DNA of 64,000 nucleotides, taken from Eledone cirrhosa (taxonomy: Eukaryota). The translations under genes were made by a program, and so were the position numbers. The DNA lies in the NCBI GenBank assembly GCA_964016885.1, contig OZ024740.1:3534001-3598000 (forward strand), given 5' to 3'. This document shows positions 27,239 through 40,769 of the stretch, one piece after another. How positions within the stretch are numbered: position 1 is the stretch's first letter; each line of letters opens with the position of its first letter. Under the pieces are notes generated by a model. The model worked only from the letters and a program-made list of their open reading frames with translations, was not told the origin of the DNA and did not search any database.

Positions 27239-27670
27239 GTGAATGAGTGCTACATCATCTGCATGATGTGGAAAATATTCCATCAGTATTGTCCAAATGA
27301 TGTTGGCATCACCTTTAAGGTACACCCAAGTCTTGGGCCCCGTGCTATCCGCCCACATCAAAAATCTCACTCACATCTCATAACAACAATGCGGCACAAT
27401 TATTTCACCTTAATTGGCCCCACTCTCTTTAACATTACACCAAAACACATTAAAACGGAAACAGACCCCATCAAGTTCAAGAAATCTTTGGACAAATTCC
27501 TTCAAGAAATCCCGGATAAACCTCCTACATCCGGATATGCCTCCATAAACAATAACTTTCTACTTGAGTGGGCTATGGTGCCCAAACACTGATTTGCAAG
27601 ACTTTGCCAGGTGGTGCTATTAAGTTAGACATGGCCTGGGCCAATACTGGCCGAAAGTTATCAAAGTTAT
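27239..27670 (+). mobile_element. CR1-group LINE 3' fragment
   Basis: C-terminal motifs YII..WKI, GPTLFNITP, FKKSLDKFLQEIPDKP; short repeated tail AAAGTTATCAAAGTTAT. Confidence 0.65.
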
Positions 27671-28159
27671 ATATATTTAGATATACTATTATATGTACAT
27701 GTATATAAATATAGACATATGCAGATGTGCGAGACATGGGTTACCTCACCTGGAAACCTGTCTAACCCATGCAAGTGTGGAAAAATAGATATTAAACGAT
27801 GGTGGCTTCAAAAGCAGCAGTATTATAACTAATGAGTTACATCTGTTCTCAGGAATGTTACTCCTTGACATAGAATTCTTGTGTGAATACATACATTATA
27901 TGTATGTATATATATATCTATATACATTCATTATATGTATGTATATATATACATTCATTATATGTATGTATATATATATATATACATTCATTATATGTAT
28001 GTATATATATATACATACATTATATGTATATATATTTATATATATGTGTATATACATAAATTATATGTATATATATATATATAAATACATACAAATACAT
28101 ATATATATATATATATATACGATATTAATAAATGGAAACTATATTTATAAAACCATATT

Positions 28160-28224
28160 TATTTCATTATACATATTTCAGGGATACCACATTAAATTAT
28201 GGTATGCCTTCATCAGATAAAATA
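28160..28224 (-). ncRNA. Minimal type I hammerhead ribozyme (family of 13141/13447)
   Basis: Minus: tattttat CTGATGA agg-c-ataccata-atttaa-tgtggtat-c-cct GAAAT atgt ATA atgaaata. Confidence 0.8.
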
Positions 28225-29344
28225 CAATATATAACAGTTTTACAAATAGCTTTGACGTACCCTTTTAAAATACAACCATTACTTTTGGAGGCTGTCTGGA
28301 TAGTGATTTGTTAACATTGTTTTAATAAGTCATAGTGTTAAGCACAATTAGAAAAAGACAGAGAGAAAGAAAAAGAAAAAGACGGAGAGAGAGAAAAGAA
28401 CAAAGACGGAGAGAGAGAAAGAAAGAGAAAGAAAACCTGGAGAAATATCAAAGAGAGAGAGAAAAGTATGGAGAAAAGAAAGAGATAAATACAGAAAGAA
28501 AAACTCAAGAGAGAGAAATACTATATAGAGAGATGGGGTGGGGGGACAATGAAACCTTTATGTCATGTCATATTAAGTTGAGTTAACAATTTATATGAAA
28601 TGAATAATAAAAATATAAGTATCAATATTCATGAATGGGACATAGATATATAATATGAGAAATTAAACATTGTTCAATAATGACTATATGTTTAGTTTAG
28701 AAACTTGAGATCAATATACCAAAATCTGAGTTCAAAATGTACCCTTGCTATAGAGATCAGTATTTTATGTAAAGACATACAAATATATATGTATATATAT
28801 ATATACACATAGATACGCACGTATATATATATATATACATATAAATGTATATATACATACAAATATATATATATATACCTACAAATACATATATATACAC
28901 ATTAAAAAAATACATATATATTGATATACATATATGTGTATGTAATGTATATATGTGTTTGCGTATATATATATTTGTATATGTATATATATGTGTGTGT
29001 GTATATATATGAATATATGCACATATACATGTATATGTGTATATATTCTCATATATTTAATTATTCATACGTACAGCCATACAAACAACATACCACTTTT
29101 CAGTTATAAAAGTTTTGTTATTACATTCAGGTGTATATAGGTGTTATCTTTACAAGTCTGTAGTTTATAATAAAATCTTTTGTTGTATGAAACTTAAAAG
29201 AACAACAATGTACAATCTGTGTTTTAATTGCTACTATTTTTGTTGTCCTGTGTTCTTATCAACTTCAGCCTTAGTCCGCTTGTCGCTTTCAGCACTGTAA
29301 CCTACCAAAAGTACAGCCCAAATGTTCAGGGAAACACTTCTTAA

Positions 29345-29562
29345 CCCTTTAGCATTTATATTCTATATTTAATATTATATTTTCATGGTAAATGCTTCAT
29401 CTCACATAATTATCTCACATAATATTGAATCTATGAGAATTTGATATTATTTACTTTGAGAATAATACCTTAACATCAGTATGAGCAGACAGTTATAGCT
29501 GGTTTGAACAGAAAGAGGGGAGAGAATTCTGGGGAGATATGGCTGGTTTAAATGCTAAAGGG
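29345..29562. mobile_element. piggyBac-type MITE
   Basis: TTAA|CCCTTTAGCATTTA ... TAAATGCTAAAGGG|TTAA; second copy at 57494-57714. Confidence 0.85.
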
Positions 29563-30539
29563 TTAAACAGTGTTTCCTTGAAACCGTAGAGTCCCGCAAT
29601 TGTCGCTAGGGGTTCCACGAGAAACAGTGACAAATAAGTTAATGCATTTTTGAGTAATTTTTGTTAAGTTTACTATTCCTAATTTTACAAAAACAAGGGT
29701 AATTTTTTCCCTTAACCAGTTATCTGAAAAAAAATATTCTGTTTAACACGTGAACAATGATAAAAATATAAAAGAGAGAGATATTAATAATGGTATATAA
29801 TAATTTTGATGCAGGGTTTACCTTAGATATAAAATTACATCATGGCTTCCACAAGAAAGGTTGAGAAATGCTGGTTTAGAGCAAGATTCTGTTGGTGTAA
29901 ATACAGAATAAAGTATAACGTTTTAGAACATGCTCCATGTTTCTACATGGCTACATGTCAGTCCTAGAACATATTTCATGTGATTATATATAAGTTCTGG
30001 AGCATACACATGTTTCTTTATGTATGTTTCGGAATACACTACATGTGGTTATATATATAGGTCTTCGAACATACTACATGTTTCTGCATGGCTACATATA
30101 AATTTTGGAACATACTCATAAGTACTTGTAGATCCTACAACTTTATAGAGTGTGATTTGTGAGAGATTTGGTTGGCTGTTGTTGTTTAGCCCAAGGTAAC
30201 CCTGATCAAGCAGACTTATAGTAAAAGGTATTTCAGCCACGAGCATTCCATACTTCTCTAGGTTACTGGCATACAGGACACCATCATCTCCCCTGTTCTG
30301 TCTTCATAGATGCTAAGATGTGATTGAAGGGAGATTTAGCTGCTATCTCTAGCATACCAATATGTTGGGTGACCTCATTTGTTCTCATTTGTTCGACACA
30401 ATTTACCATATGAGACAAGTGGAAGTGAAAGTAAAATCAATATAACCAGACAAAAATAAATAAAACCATGTTTAGGTAGACAGGGTCAGTACAGAAGCCT
30501 TCTGAATGTCTTGGTGTAGACTGTAGTATTGATTTTTGT

Positions 30540-31532
30540 GAAAGACCATCATTTGGACAGGTGTTTCCTCTAGAGACAGACTGACCAAAGACCATCAGTT
30601 AGACAGGTGTGTCTCTAGAGACAGACTGACCAAAGACCATCAGTTAGACAGGTGTGTCTCTAGAGACAGACTGACCAAAGACCATCAGTTAGACAGGTGT
30701 CTCTCTAGAGACAGACTGGCCAAAGACCATCAGTTAGACAGGTGTCTCTCTAGAGACAGACTGGCCAAAGACCATCAGTTAGACAGGTGTCTCTCTAGAG
30801 ACAGACTGACCAAAGACTATCAGTTAGACAGGTGTGTCTCTAGAGACAGACTGACCATAGACCATCAGTTAGACAGGTGTGTCTCTAGAGACAGACTGAC
30901 CAAAGACCATCAGTTAGACAGGTGTCTCTCTAGAGACAGACTGACCAAAGACCATCAGTTAGACAGGTGTGTCTCTAGAGACAGACTGACCAAAGACCAT
31001 CAGTTAGACAGGTGTCTCTCTAGAGACAGACTGACCAAAGACCATCAGTTAGACAGGTGTGTCTCTAGAGACAGACTGACCAAAGACCATCAGTTAGACA
31101 GGTGTGTCTCTAGAGACAGACTGACCAAAGACCATCAGTTAGACAGGTGTGTCTCTAGAGACAGACTGACCAAAGACCATCAGTTAGACAGGTGTGTCTC
31201 TAGAGACAGACTGACCAAAGACCATCAGTTAGACAGGTGTCTCTCTAGAGACAGACTGACCAAAGACCATCAGTTAGACAGGTGTGTCTCTAGAGACAGA
31301 CTGACCAAAGACCATCAGTTAGACAGGTGTGTCTCTAGAGACAGACTGACCAAAGACCATCAGTTAGACAGGTGTCTCTCTAGAGACAGACTGACTAAAG
31401 ACCATCAGTTAGACAGGTGTCTCTCTAGAGACAGACTGACCAAAGACCATCAGTTAGACAGGTGTCTCTCTAGAGACAGACTGGTCAAAGACCATCAGTT
31501 AGACAGGTGTCTCTCTAGAGACAGACTGACCT
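30540..31532. repeat. 45-bp minisatellite containing the palindrome TGTCTCTAGAGACA
   Basis: ACCATCAGTT recurs every 45 nt (30591, 30636, ...). Confidence 0.95.
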
Positions 31533-31697
31533 AACTGTCATTTGACCAATACCTGGTGCTCTGCTGGGAGCCAGGCAATGGTGCACTGCTGCATGGAAGG
31601 CAAAATTGACCTCAGCAGGTTTTGAACTTGCAGTAGGCTGGAACAAACAAGGTTTGTAATCCAACACGTTAATGACTGTCAATCAGAGGTGTTGGTG

Positions 31698-32615
31698 CAT
31701 GTAGGACAGATTTTAAATAACTGTCACACTACACCACATGTAGGACATATGTTAAATAACTGTCACACTACACCACATGTAGGACATATGTTAAATAACT
31801 GTCACACTACACCACATGTAGGACAGATGTTAAATAACTCCCACACTACATCACATGTAGGGCAGATGTTTAAATAACTGTCACACTAGACCACGTGTAT
31901 GGCAGATGTTAAATAACTCCCAAAATACATCACATGTAGGACAGATGTTTAAATAGCTCCCACACTACACCACATGTAGGGCAGATGTTAAATAACTCCC
32001 ACACTACACCACATGTATGGCAGATGTTAAATAACTCCCACACTACACCACATGTATGGCAGATGTTAAATAACTCCCACACTACACCACATGTATGGCA
32101 GATGTTAAATAGCTCCCACACTACACCACATGTAGGGCAGATGTTAAATAACTCCCACACTACACCACATGTATGGCAGATGTTAAATAACTCCCACACT
32201 ACACCACATGTATGGCAGATGTTAAATAGCTCCCACACTACACCACCTGTAGGGCAGATGTTAAATAACTCCCACACTACACCACATGTAGGGCAGATGT
32301 TAAATAACTCCCACACTACACCACATGTATGGCAGATGTTAAATAGCTCCCACACTACACCACATGTAGGGCAGATGTTAAATAACTCCCACACTACACC
32401 ACATGTAGGGCAGATGTTAAATAACTCCCACACTACACCACATGTATGGCAGATGTTAAATAACTCCCACGCTACACCACTGTAGGAGAGATGTTAAATA
32501 AGTGTCACACTACACCACATGTAGGAGAGATGTTAAATAAGTGTCACACTACACCACATGTAGGAGAGATGTTGAAATGACTCCCACACTACAGCACATG
32601 TAGGAGCAATGTTAA
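31698..32615. repeat. 39-bp minisatellite (CACATGTAGGGCAGATGTTAAATAACTCCCACACTACAC)
   Basis: 13-aa periodicity in the overlapping ORFs. Confidence 0.95.
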
Positions 32616-32749
32616 AATATCTAAACATGAGCTAGCCAAGAGGTAATGTGTGGAAACAGGTTCATTGTGCATCAAGCAGCAAGGTTGCACCACAACTAGA
32701 TGCATCCAGGATATTGAGTAGCATAGCAACTGTTGCTATTGCCACACAT

Positions 32750-34905
32750 ATCCACACACCACACACACCTACACACCACACACACCACACACCACACACC
32801 ACACACCACACACACCACACACACCGCACCACACCACACACCACACACCACACACCACACCACACACACACCACACACCACACACCACACCACACACCAC
32901 ACACACCACACACCACACACACCACACCACACACCACACACCACACCACACACACACCACACACCACACACCACACCACACACCACACCACACACCACAC
33001 ACCACACACCACACACACCACACCACACCACACACCACACACCACACACCACACCACACACACACCACACACCACACACACCACACCACACCACACACCA
33101 CACACCACACCACACACACACCACACACCACACACCACACCACACACCACACCACACACCACACACCACACCACACACCACACACACCACACCACACACC
33201 ACACCACACACCACACACCACACCACACACACACCACACACCACACACCACACCACACACCACACCACACACCACACACCACACACCACACACACCACAC
33301 CACACCACACACCACACACCACACACCACACCACACACACACCACACACCACACACACCACACAACACCACACACCACACACCACACACACCACACCACA
33401 CCACACACCACACACCACACCACACACACACCACACACCACACACACCACACCACACCACACACCACACACCACACCACACACACACCACACACCACACA
33501 CCACACCACACCACACACCACACACCACACCACACACCACACACCACACCACACACACACCACACACCACACCACACACCACACACACCACACCACACAC
33601 CACACACACCACACCACACACCACACACCACACCACACACACACCACACACCACACACCACACCACACACCACACCACACACCACACACCACACACACAC
33701 CACACCACACCACACACCACACACCACACCACACACCACACACCACACCACACACACACCACACACCACACACACCACACCACACCACACACCACACACC
33801 ACACACACCACACCACACCACACACCACACACCACACACCACACACCACACACCACACACACCACACCACACCACACACCACACACCACACCACACACAC
33901 ACCACACACCACACCACACCACACACCACACACCACACCACACACCACACACCACACCACACACCACACCACACACCACACACACCACACCACACCACAC
34001 ACCACACACCACACCACACACCACACACCACACACCACACCACACACCACACACCACACCACACACCACACACCACACACACCACACCACACCACACACC
34101 ACACACCACACACCACACCACACCACACACCACACACCACACACCACACCACACACCACACACCACACCACACACCACACACCACACACACCACACCACA
34201 CCACACACCACACACCACACACACCACACCACACCACACACCACACACCACACACCACACCACACCACACACCACACACCACACACACCACACCACACCA
34301 CACACCACACACCACACACCACACCACACCACACACCACACACCACACACCACACCACACCACACACCACACACCACACCACACACCACACACCACACAC
34401 CACACCACACACCACACACCACACCACACACCACACACCACACACACCACACCACACCACACACCACACACCACACACCACACACCACACACCACACACC
34501 ACACACCATACACACCACACACACCACACACTACACACACCACACACCTACACACCACACACACCACACACCACACACAGACCACACACCACACCACACA
34601 CCTACACACCACACACACACCACACACCACACCACACACCACACACCACACCACACACCACACACCACACACACCACACCACACATAGACCACACACCAC
34701 ACAACACCACACAACACCACACACACACCACACACCACACACACACCACACACCACACCACACACAGACCACACACCACACACACCACACCACACACCAC
34801 ACCACACACCACACCACACCACACACACCACACCACCATACACCACACCACACCACACACCACACACCTACACACCACACACACCATACACCAGACACAC
34901 ACACA
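32750..34905. repeat. CACAC/CACACAC compound microsatellite
   Basis: Almost exclusively C and A in 5-, 7- and 9-nt units. Confidence 0.97.
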
Positions 34906-35264
34906 TACAGATGCACACACATGTAGGAACTGTTACTACCCCTCGCCCACCCTTACACACAGACACATATACAAACCCGCCCACACACATGGATACATAC
35001 ACACACACACATCTACACACACATACGTATGCAGGAACAACTATAAACACACAGAGCAATCTATGCTATATCTTCACACCAACATATACTCACACATATG
35101 CTCACATTAGCACATACACACACGTATATACTAACACACACAGTAAGCACTGCATCTCCTCTACACATATACATATATAGTTGCCACACACACATATACA
35201 CAAACACCCACATACCTTGCTGTTACATTATTTCAACACCCTCCCACCTCACTTTCTCACTAAG

Positions 35265-35716
35265 CCCCCCCCCCCCACACACACACAACCAGCCCCCCAC
35301 ACACAACCAGCCCCCCACACCACCAACACCTCCACTCCCACCACCACCACTCCCACCACCAGCACCTCCACTCCCACCACCACCACTCCCACCACCAGCA
35401 CCTCCACTCCCACTCCCACCACCACTTCCACCCCCCACCTATTATTATAACAGACTTCAAAAGGTGGTAATATCAGTGACATTACAGCAACAACAGCAGC
35501 AGCAGCAGCAGTGTAGAGCAACTGTAGAACTGGCAACCTGGTTGCCATAGTAATCAAAACAACAGCAGCAACAGCAACAGCAGCAGTAACAACAGCAGCA
35601 GCAGCAGTAACAGCAGCAGCAAAAACAGCAACAGCAACAGCAGCAGCAGCAGCAGCAAGAACAGAAGCAACAGCAGCAACAACAACAACAACAACAGCAG
35701 CAGCAGCAGCAGCAGA
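35265..35716. repeat. C-rich short tandem repeats followed by (CAG/CAA)n
   Basis: CCACCACCACTC-type units 35320-35435; CAG/CAA runs 35484-35716 interrupted by TAA/TAG. Confidence 0.85.
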
Positions 35717-36457
35717 CTTTTGAAAAGACAGTCACCAAGATTTGTCTGTGATAGTTGGCAGTGTAGTAGTGATGGTAAATGGTGACATTGGTGAGGGTGA
35801 TGACGACTGGTTGATAGATTGGTGGTGGTGATGTGTTGTTGTAGATGGTGGAGGAGGTGTCAATGATGATGTCTTGGAGTGAACAATACAGAAGCTGGCA
35901 GAGGGCAGCAACCATTTTTCTAGATCAACAAAAATGTTGTCATGGCAGCAGGAGAAACTGAGAGAGGTTTAAAATTTGTAATGATCAAACTGAGACAAAT
36001 GACATATTTCCTATATATATTTATAGGTTGTAGTGCACCTGAGCACTGTACACAATAATTTCATTATTATTATTATTATATATGTGAAAAAATGGGGAGA
36101 AGAATACTGCATGGTTGCACATGGATAACATGTTATAAAATGAGTCCCTCATCAGTGATTTACCAACGGTCATAGGTATTTCATTGCATTAAAAATCATA
36201 TACCTCACGTTGGCGCAATAATAACTAAAATAAGTTATTAGGACAATTAAAACGCGTAAAGCGAGTGAGACAAGTAAACAACACAGATGAAAGCTAACCG
36301 AAGATAGGAAGAGACACAAGCTACATAGTTATTCTATCAGTATATATGAGCGAGTAGAAAATAGACCCTTCGAGATGAAACCGATGTGAGAGTGTGTGTG
36401 TGTGTGTAAATATATATATATTTATATACTCTTTTACCTGTCCCACCAATCCAGCTG

Positions 36458-36513
<56 letters not shown>

Positions 36514-36779
36514 AAAGAATAGAGGTGTAACACACAAGTTATTATATATTGGTAAACGGAATAGAAAATGCTGACAAATTGTTCACAGTTGAAAAATGGT
36601 TTAATTAGGAATAAAAGAGTATTAGTGATTGTATGGGTTAGTATTCAGTTGTGGTTTTAAGTTTTTAAGTTTTTACCGGTTGCGCATTTCTAAATGCTTT
36701 TCAAAAATAATTTTGAGATAGAGTGTCCGTGCTGTTTGCTTTCAATCCTCAGAATGAAAAAATCCTGGTCCAGGATTTT

Positions 36780-36837
36780 TTCATTCTGAGGATTGAAAGC
36801 AAAACCTTTTGCTTTTAAGAAACCACTGGTAAATGGA
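36780..36837 (+). ncRNA. Type I hammerhead ribozyme
   Basis: ttcatt CTGAGGA ttgaaagcaaaa-cc-ttttgcttttaa GAAAC cactg GTA aatgga. Confidence 0.85.
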
Positions 36838-36932
36838 ATAATTGCCTTATGTTGTTTATTAAATAATAATTAAGCTCTGTTACCTACATAGAGCACTCTT
36901 TTTTCCTGGACTTTTCCGACGGAATTACTTCA

Positions 36933-36970
<38 letters not shown>

Positions 36971-37065
36971 TGAAGTAATTCCGTCGGAAAAGTCCAGGAA
37001 AAAAGAGTGCTCTATGTAGGTAACAGAGCTTAATTATTATTTAATAAACAACATAAGGCAATTAT

Positions 37066-37123
37066 TCCATTTACCAGTGGTTTCTTAAAAGCAAAAGGTT
37101 TTGCTTTCAATCCTCAGAATGAA
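37066..37123 (-). ncRNA. Type I hammerhead ribozyme (mirror copy of 36780-36837)
   Basis: Reverse complement of the plus-strand copy. Confidence 0.8.
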
Positions 37124-37180
37124 AAAATCCTGGACCAGGATTTTTTCATTCTGAGGATTGAAAGCAAACAGCACGGACAC

Positions 37181-40100
37181 TTGTCGTTCTGCTGCAAAAA
37201 CATATGGGCCTTGCAACACAGATAGTTCACTTAGACCCAGGGGGTCGACTGGTGGTGCTGGACCTTGGCAGTGGTGAAGGTAGAGCCTTTAGGCTGATAG
37301 CCGCATATGCCCCTTTTGGGACAGAGCGGCCCGACTTTTTCCAGCGTCTGGAGTCTTTTCTAGGGACGTCCCGTTCCCTGCTTTTAGTGGGGGATTGGAA
37401 TGGTATCCTGGATGCACGTTGGGACTATGCAGGGGCATGTCCCGATAGAGAGGGGTGCAACAGCCTCAAGGGGTTACTCGGCCGATTTGACCTGGCCGAT
37501 AGATTTCGACTAGATTTTCCGACGGTGCCAACCTGGTCTTGATCAAATCGCAGCGGATCATCTAGATCGTACCTAGATAGATTTTTAGTTAGAAATAAGG
37601 ACAGGGACTTTTTAAGTTGTCCAGAAATGCTCATGGTTGGCTATTCAGACCACAAGTTGGTGACCTGCATGGTCAACCTTGATAGAACGCATAGACAGGG
37701 CCCCGGTTACTGGAAGCTCAACTTGTCCTTGCCGGCAAGTAGAGCCTACAGGAATCGGATTAGTACGTTAGTTAAGGAACGGTTGACTGGAGCGATCGTC
37801 AACAGCAGGTGGTGGGTATCTCTAAAGAGAGAGATTAGAGTAGTCTCGATTGAATTTAGTAAGGTTCTAGCTGCGGATAGGAATAGGAAGGAAAGGGAGC
37901 TAATAGATAGAGTAGAAGAGGCAATTAGAAGCGGCGACGTGGCCAGAGTGCTAGCGTCGAGAACGGCTTTGAGCCAGTTTTTCGACGCGAAGCACGAAGG
38001 CTGCGTTGTCCGAAGTAAAATACGTGCTCTAGGGAACGAGGGGGCCAAAGCTGTTAGCTGGGCCCGCGTGACAGAGGCCAACAGTGGAACTAAATCCACC
38101 ATCCGGTCTTTGCGAGACCTGGATGGACGGGCGATTCTTGAGCCTAAGCAGATGTGTGAGGCCTTTCAAAGGCACTTTGCCCGACTGTTCGGGAGGGGCG
38201 GGGAGCCGGTTGGAAACGTGGACTTCGGTCCATACCTCGACGGCCTGCCGCGCCTCTCGGACAGGGAGGCGAAGTCTTGCGAGGAGCCGATTTCGGCCGC
38301 TGAGATAGAGGACGTGCTGGGCCAATGCGGCAAACGCAAATCCCCGGGTCTCGATGGTCTTCCTTACGAATTATATCTAGCTATGCCGGACTTGTTCCCC
38401 GATCTCCTCGAGGCGGTCTACTGCAACTGGCAACAGAACGGGAGAATTCCCTGTACTGTGACCAAGGGCGTAGTCACGCTAGTGAGGAAGGACGAGAACA
38501 AGGGGGACGAAATAAGTAACTTCAGGCCCATAACTCTGCTAAATACAGAGTTACAGATTTTGGCCAAGGTGCTAGCAAAGAGGTTGGCGCTTGTCGTGGG
38601 CAACCTGGTGGGAGATGCGCAGACATGCGCTATCCCGTACAGGTCCATCCATGACAACCTCCACCTCATGCGATACATCATAGAGAGGGTTGGGAACGAA
38701 CCCGGCTTTGGTGGGGCTCTAATCAACTTGGATCAATCTAAGGCGTTCGATAGGGTCGACCATGGTTACCTGGATGCGGTGCTAGCGGCGGCAGGCTTCG
38801 GACCCGTTTTCAGGGGCTGGATCACTGCTATGCACAGCAGCCGCATCTGCTCTAGGGTCAAGGTGAACGGCTACCTCTCGGAGCCGTTCAAAATCGCGCG
38901 GTCCATCCGACAAGGGTGCCCTCTCTCCTCCCTTCTGTATGTGTTGACTCTCGAGCCACTACTGCGGAAGTTGGAGTTGTTGCAGGGCATCCCTTTGGAA
39001 CCGGGATTGCGGAAAGCGGTGTCAGCCTACGCCGATGATGTGACAGTAATGGTGTCGACGGCCTCCGAAATCGAGGCGGTCGGCACCTTACTGGAGGAGT
39101 ACGAAAAGTTCACAGGGGCTAAGCTGAACCGGGACAAGTCGATCGGTTTGCAACTCGGCACGTGGAGGGGCAGACCGATGCCCTCCGATGGCGTCGTCGG
39201 ACGCTGGACGGAGGGCCCGGTGAAGTTGCTCGGGGTCTGGTTCGGACCGGACCTCCAGGTGGAGAAAAACTGGGCGGAGGTTACGAACAGGGTGTTTGCA
39301 CTGACCCAGAAGTGGGCCAGTTGCAAACTATCCCTGAAAGGTCGGGCGGAGGTGGCGAACACTTATATAGCGTCCGTCATCTACTACCGCCTGACCGTAG
39401 TGCCCTGCCCAAGGGAAACCCTCACCAAGATGGAGCGCGCGCTCTTCCAATTCCTTTGGAAGGGGCGGGCTCCTATGGTGAGGAGATCCATCTGCTGTCA
39501 ACACCCTTCGAAAGGAGGGCTGGGGATGCCATGGCTAATGATGCGTAAACACGCATTAAGGCTACGGCACCTCTACGTATTCCTCACCGGACAACCGGTG
39601 TGGGCCCCGTTTGTGAGACGAACCTTTCCCAGACTCGTCTCACTCACCGAACTGCAATCCTGGGTCAAGCAGAGACCGAGAAAACTGGGCGCCTGGCACA
39701 CTGAGTGTGCCCAGGCGCTCACCGCCCTCTGGCAGGCGGATCCGGTTTTCAGTGGAGACTCCACCGCAACATTCTATAGAGGGCTGGTACGCAGCAGGTG
39801 CGACGACGCCCTCGGAGAAGCCCTAGACATGGAGGAGGACGAACTGGCCAGCCTGTTCGGTAGGACATTCAGCCCGGGACCTATGGACAACTTCCAGAAG
39901 TCCCTGGCCTGGCAGTGCTACCGAGGGGCTTTACCCGTTCGAGAAAGGCTCTACAGACACGGGCGCCCGGGTAGGGACCCCGCCAAAAAGATCTGTCCCA
40001 GATGCGTGTGCGACGAGGAAACCGTTGCACACGCATTGGTACACTGCTCGGGCGTAGCCGATCTGTGGGGCTATGTCGAACAACTGCTGTCAAGGGTGGG

Positions 40101-40675
40101 ACCGATCCGGTTGACCACCGAGTCTATTGTAATGATCAAGCCGCCTCCCCCCTTCAAAGATGAAGCAGAGGCGGTGTTTCTGTGCGTAATAGCCATGGCG
40201 AAAGAGGTTGTATGGTGGACGCGTCTGAAAGGACTGAGGTCGGGCGCCTTTCTCTCTGGCCAACAACTGGTCCGTTTCTTCCGATATCATTTCGGAAGAA
40301 GGATCAGGATGGAGAGAGAGGTGCTGCACCCCAGTCGTTTTTATGAAAGGTGGGTGAAAGTGGCGAGAATGGCCCGTGTGAATGGGCCTTCTCTTTACAT
40401 AAGCCTGTAGGTGGAAAAGAGGAAGGAACGAGGGAGCACCCCCTCTCTGTGCTCCTGAGGAAAAGGGTTGCACACTTTTTTCGGGGGTGTGTGCGACCCC
40501 CCAAGGCGCCTCCTCTCTATTGAGGATTTTGTTAAAAATTTTATTTTTTGTTATATCTTATTTTATTTTTATATTTTGTTATTGCCTCCTCCTTATTGAG
40601 GACGCCTTTTTGTGTAAACTCCCCCCTTTGTACTTGTCCCACTTTTGATGCCCTAGTGGCAAATAAAAGAAACTT
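37181..40675 (+). mobile_element. Tx1/L1-clade LINE, 5'-truncated within the endonuclease
   Basis: APE part 37204..37542 (AAYAP, GDWNG) is in frame with 37627..40410 across one TGA at 37540; AATAAA near 40662 then (TA)n. Confidence 0.92.
37627..40410 (+). CDS. Tx1-like ORF2 (end of APE, reverse transcriptase, C-terminal CCHC/zf-RVT)
   Basis: SDH, GPGYWKLN, KSPGLDG, NFRPITLLN, LDQSKAFDRV, RQGCPLS, YADD, GGLG, CPRC..ETVAHALVHC. Confidence 0.9.
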   Translation: MLMVGYSDHKLVTCMVNLDRTHRQGPGYWKLNLSLPASRAYRNRISTLVKERLTGAIVNSRWWVSLKREIRVVSIEFSKVLAADRNRKERELIDRVEEAIRSGDVARVLASRTALSQFFDAKHEGCVVRSKIRALGNEGAKAVSWARVTEANSGTKSTIRSLRDLDGRAILEPKQMCEAFQRHFARLFGRGGEPVGNVDFGPYLDGLPRLSDREAKSCEEPISAAEIEDVLGQCGKRKSPGLDGLPYELYLAMPDLFPDLLEAVYCNWQQNGRIPCTVTKGVVTLVRKDENKGDEISNFRPITLLNTELQILAKVLAKRLALVVGNLVGDAQTCAIPYRSIHDNLHLMRYIIERVGNEPGFGGALINLDQSKAFDRVDHGYLDAVLAAAGFGPVFRGWITAMHSSRICSRVKVNGYLSEPFKIARSIRQGCPLSSLLYVLTLEPLLRKLELLQGIPLEPGLRKAVSAYADDVTVMVSTASEIEAVGTLLEEYEKFTGAKLNRDKSIGLQLGTWRGRPMPSDGVVGRWTEGPVKLLGVWFGPDLQVEKNWAEVTNRVFALTQKWASCKLSLKGRAEVANTYIASVIYYRLTVVPCPRETLTKMERALFQFLWKGRAPMVRRSICCQHPSKGGLGMPWLMMRKHALRLRHLYVFLTGQPVWAPFVRRTFPRLVSLTELQSWVKQRPRKLGAWHTECAQALTALWQADPVFSGDSTATFYRGLVRSRCDDALGEALDMEEDELASLFGRTFSPGPMDNFQKSLAWQCYRGALPVRERLYRHGRPGRDPAKKICPRCVCDEETVAHALVHCSGVADLWGYVEQLLSRVGPIRLTTESIVMIKPPPPFKDEAEAVFLCVIAMAKEVVWWTRLKGLRSGAFLSGQQLVRFFRYHFGRRIRMEREVLHPSRFYERWVKVARMARVNGPSLYISL

Positions 40676-40769
40676 ATATATATATATATATATATATAAG
40701 AAAAGGAGAATCAGTGGTGCGACAAATTAAAATTTATTAGACATATTATGACATATTAGACATAAAGCA

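Larger units (their letters stand above)
36723..37180. repeat. Long palindrome (about 212-bp arms) centred on (TA)n, each arm with an internal hairpin and a hammerhead
   Basis: GTGTCCGTGCTG..ACTTCATC (TA)n GATGAAGT..CAGCACGGACAC. Confidence 0.93.

Noticed and set aside
30540-31532. CRISPR-like palindromic repeat array
   Set aside because: Contiguous tandem units without unique spacers; no cas genes; eukaryotic context
32648-35110. 820-aa His/Thr/Pro ORF and antisense Cys/Val/Trp ORFs
   Set aside because: The CA-only microsatellite cannot contain stop codons
35098-35915. Possible polyPro/polyGln host exon
   Set aside because: Interrupted by stops, no recognisable domain, no convincing splice structure
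36095-36160. CTGATGA box on the minus strand as a hammerhead
   Set aside because: No matching GAAA..UH half or stem I found
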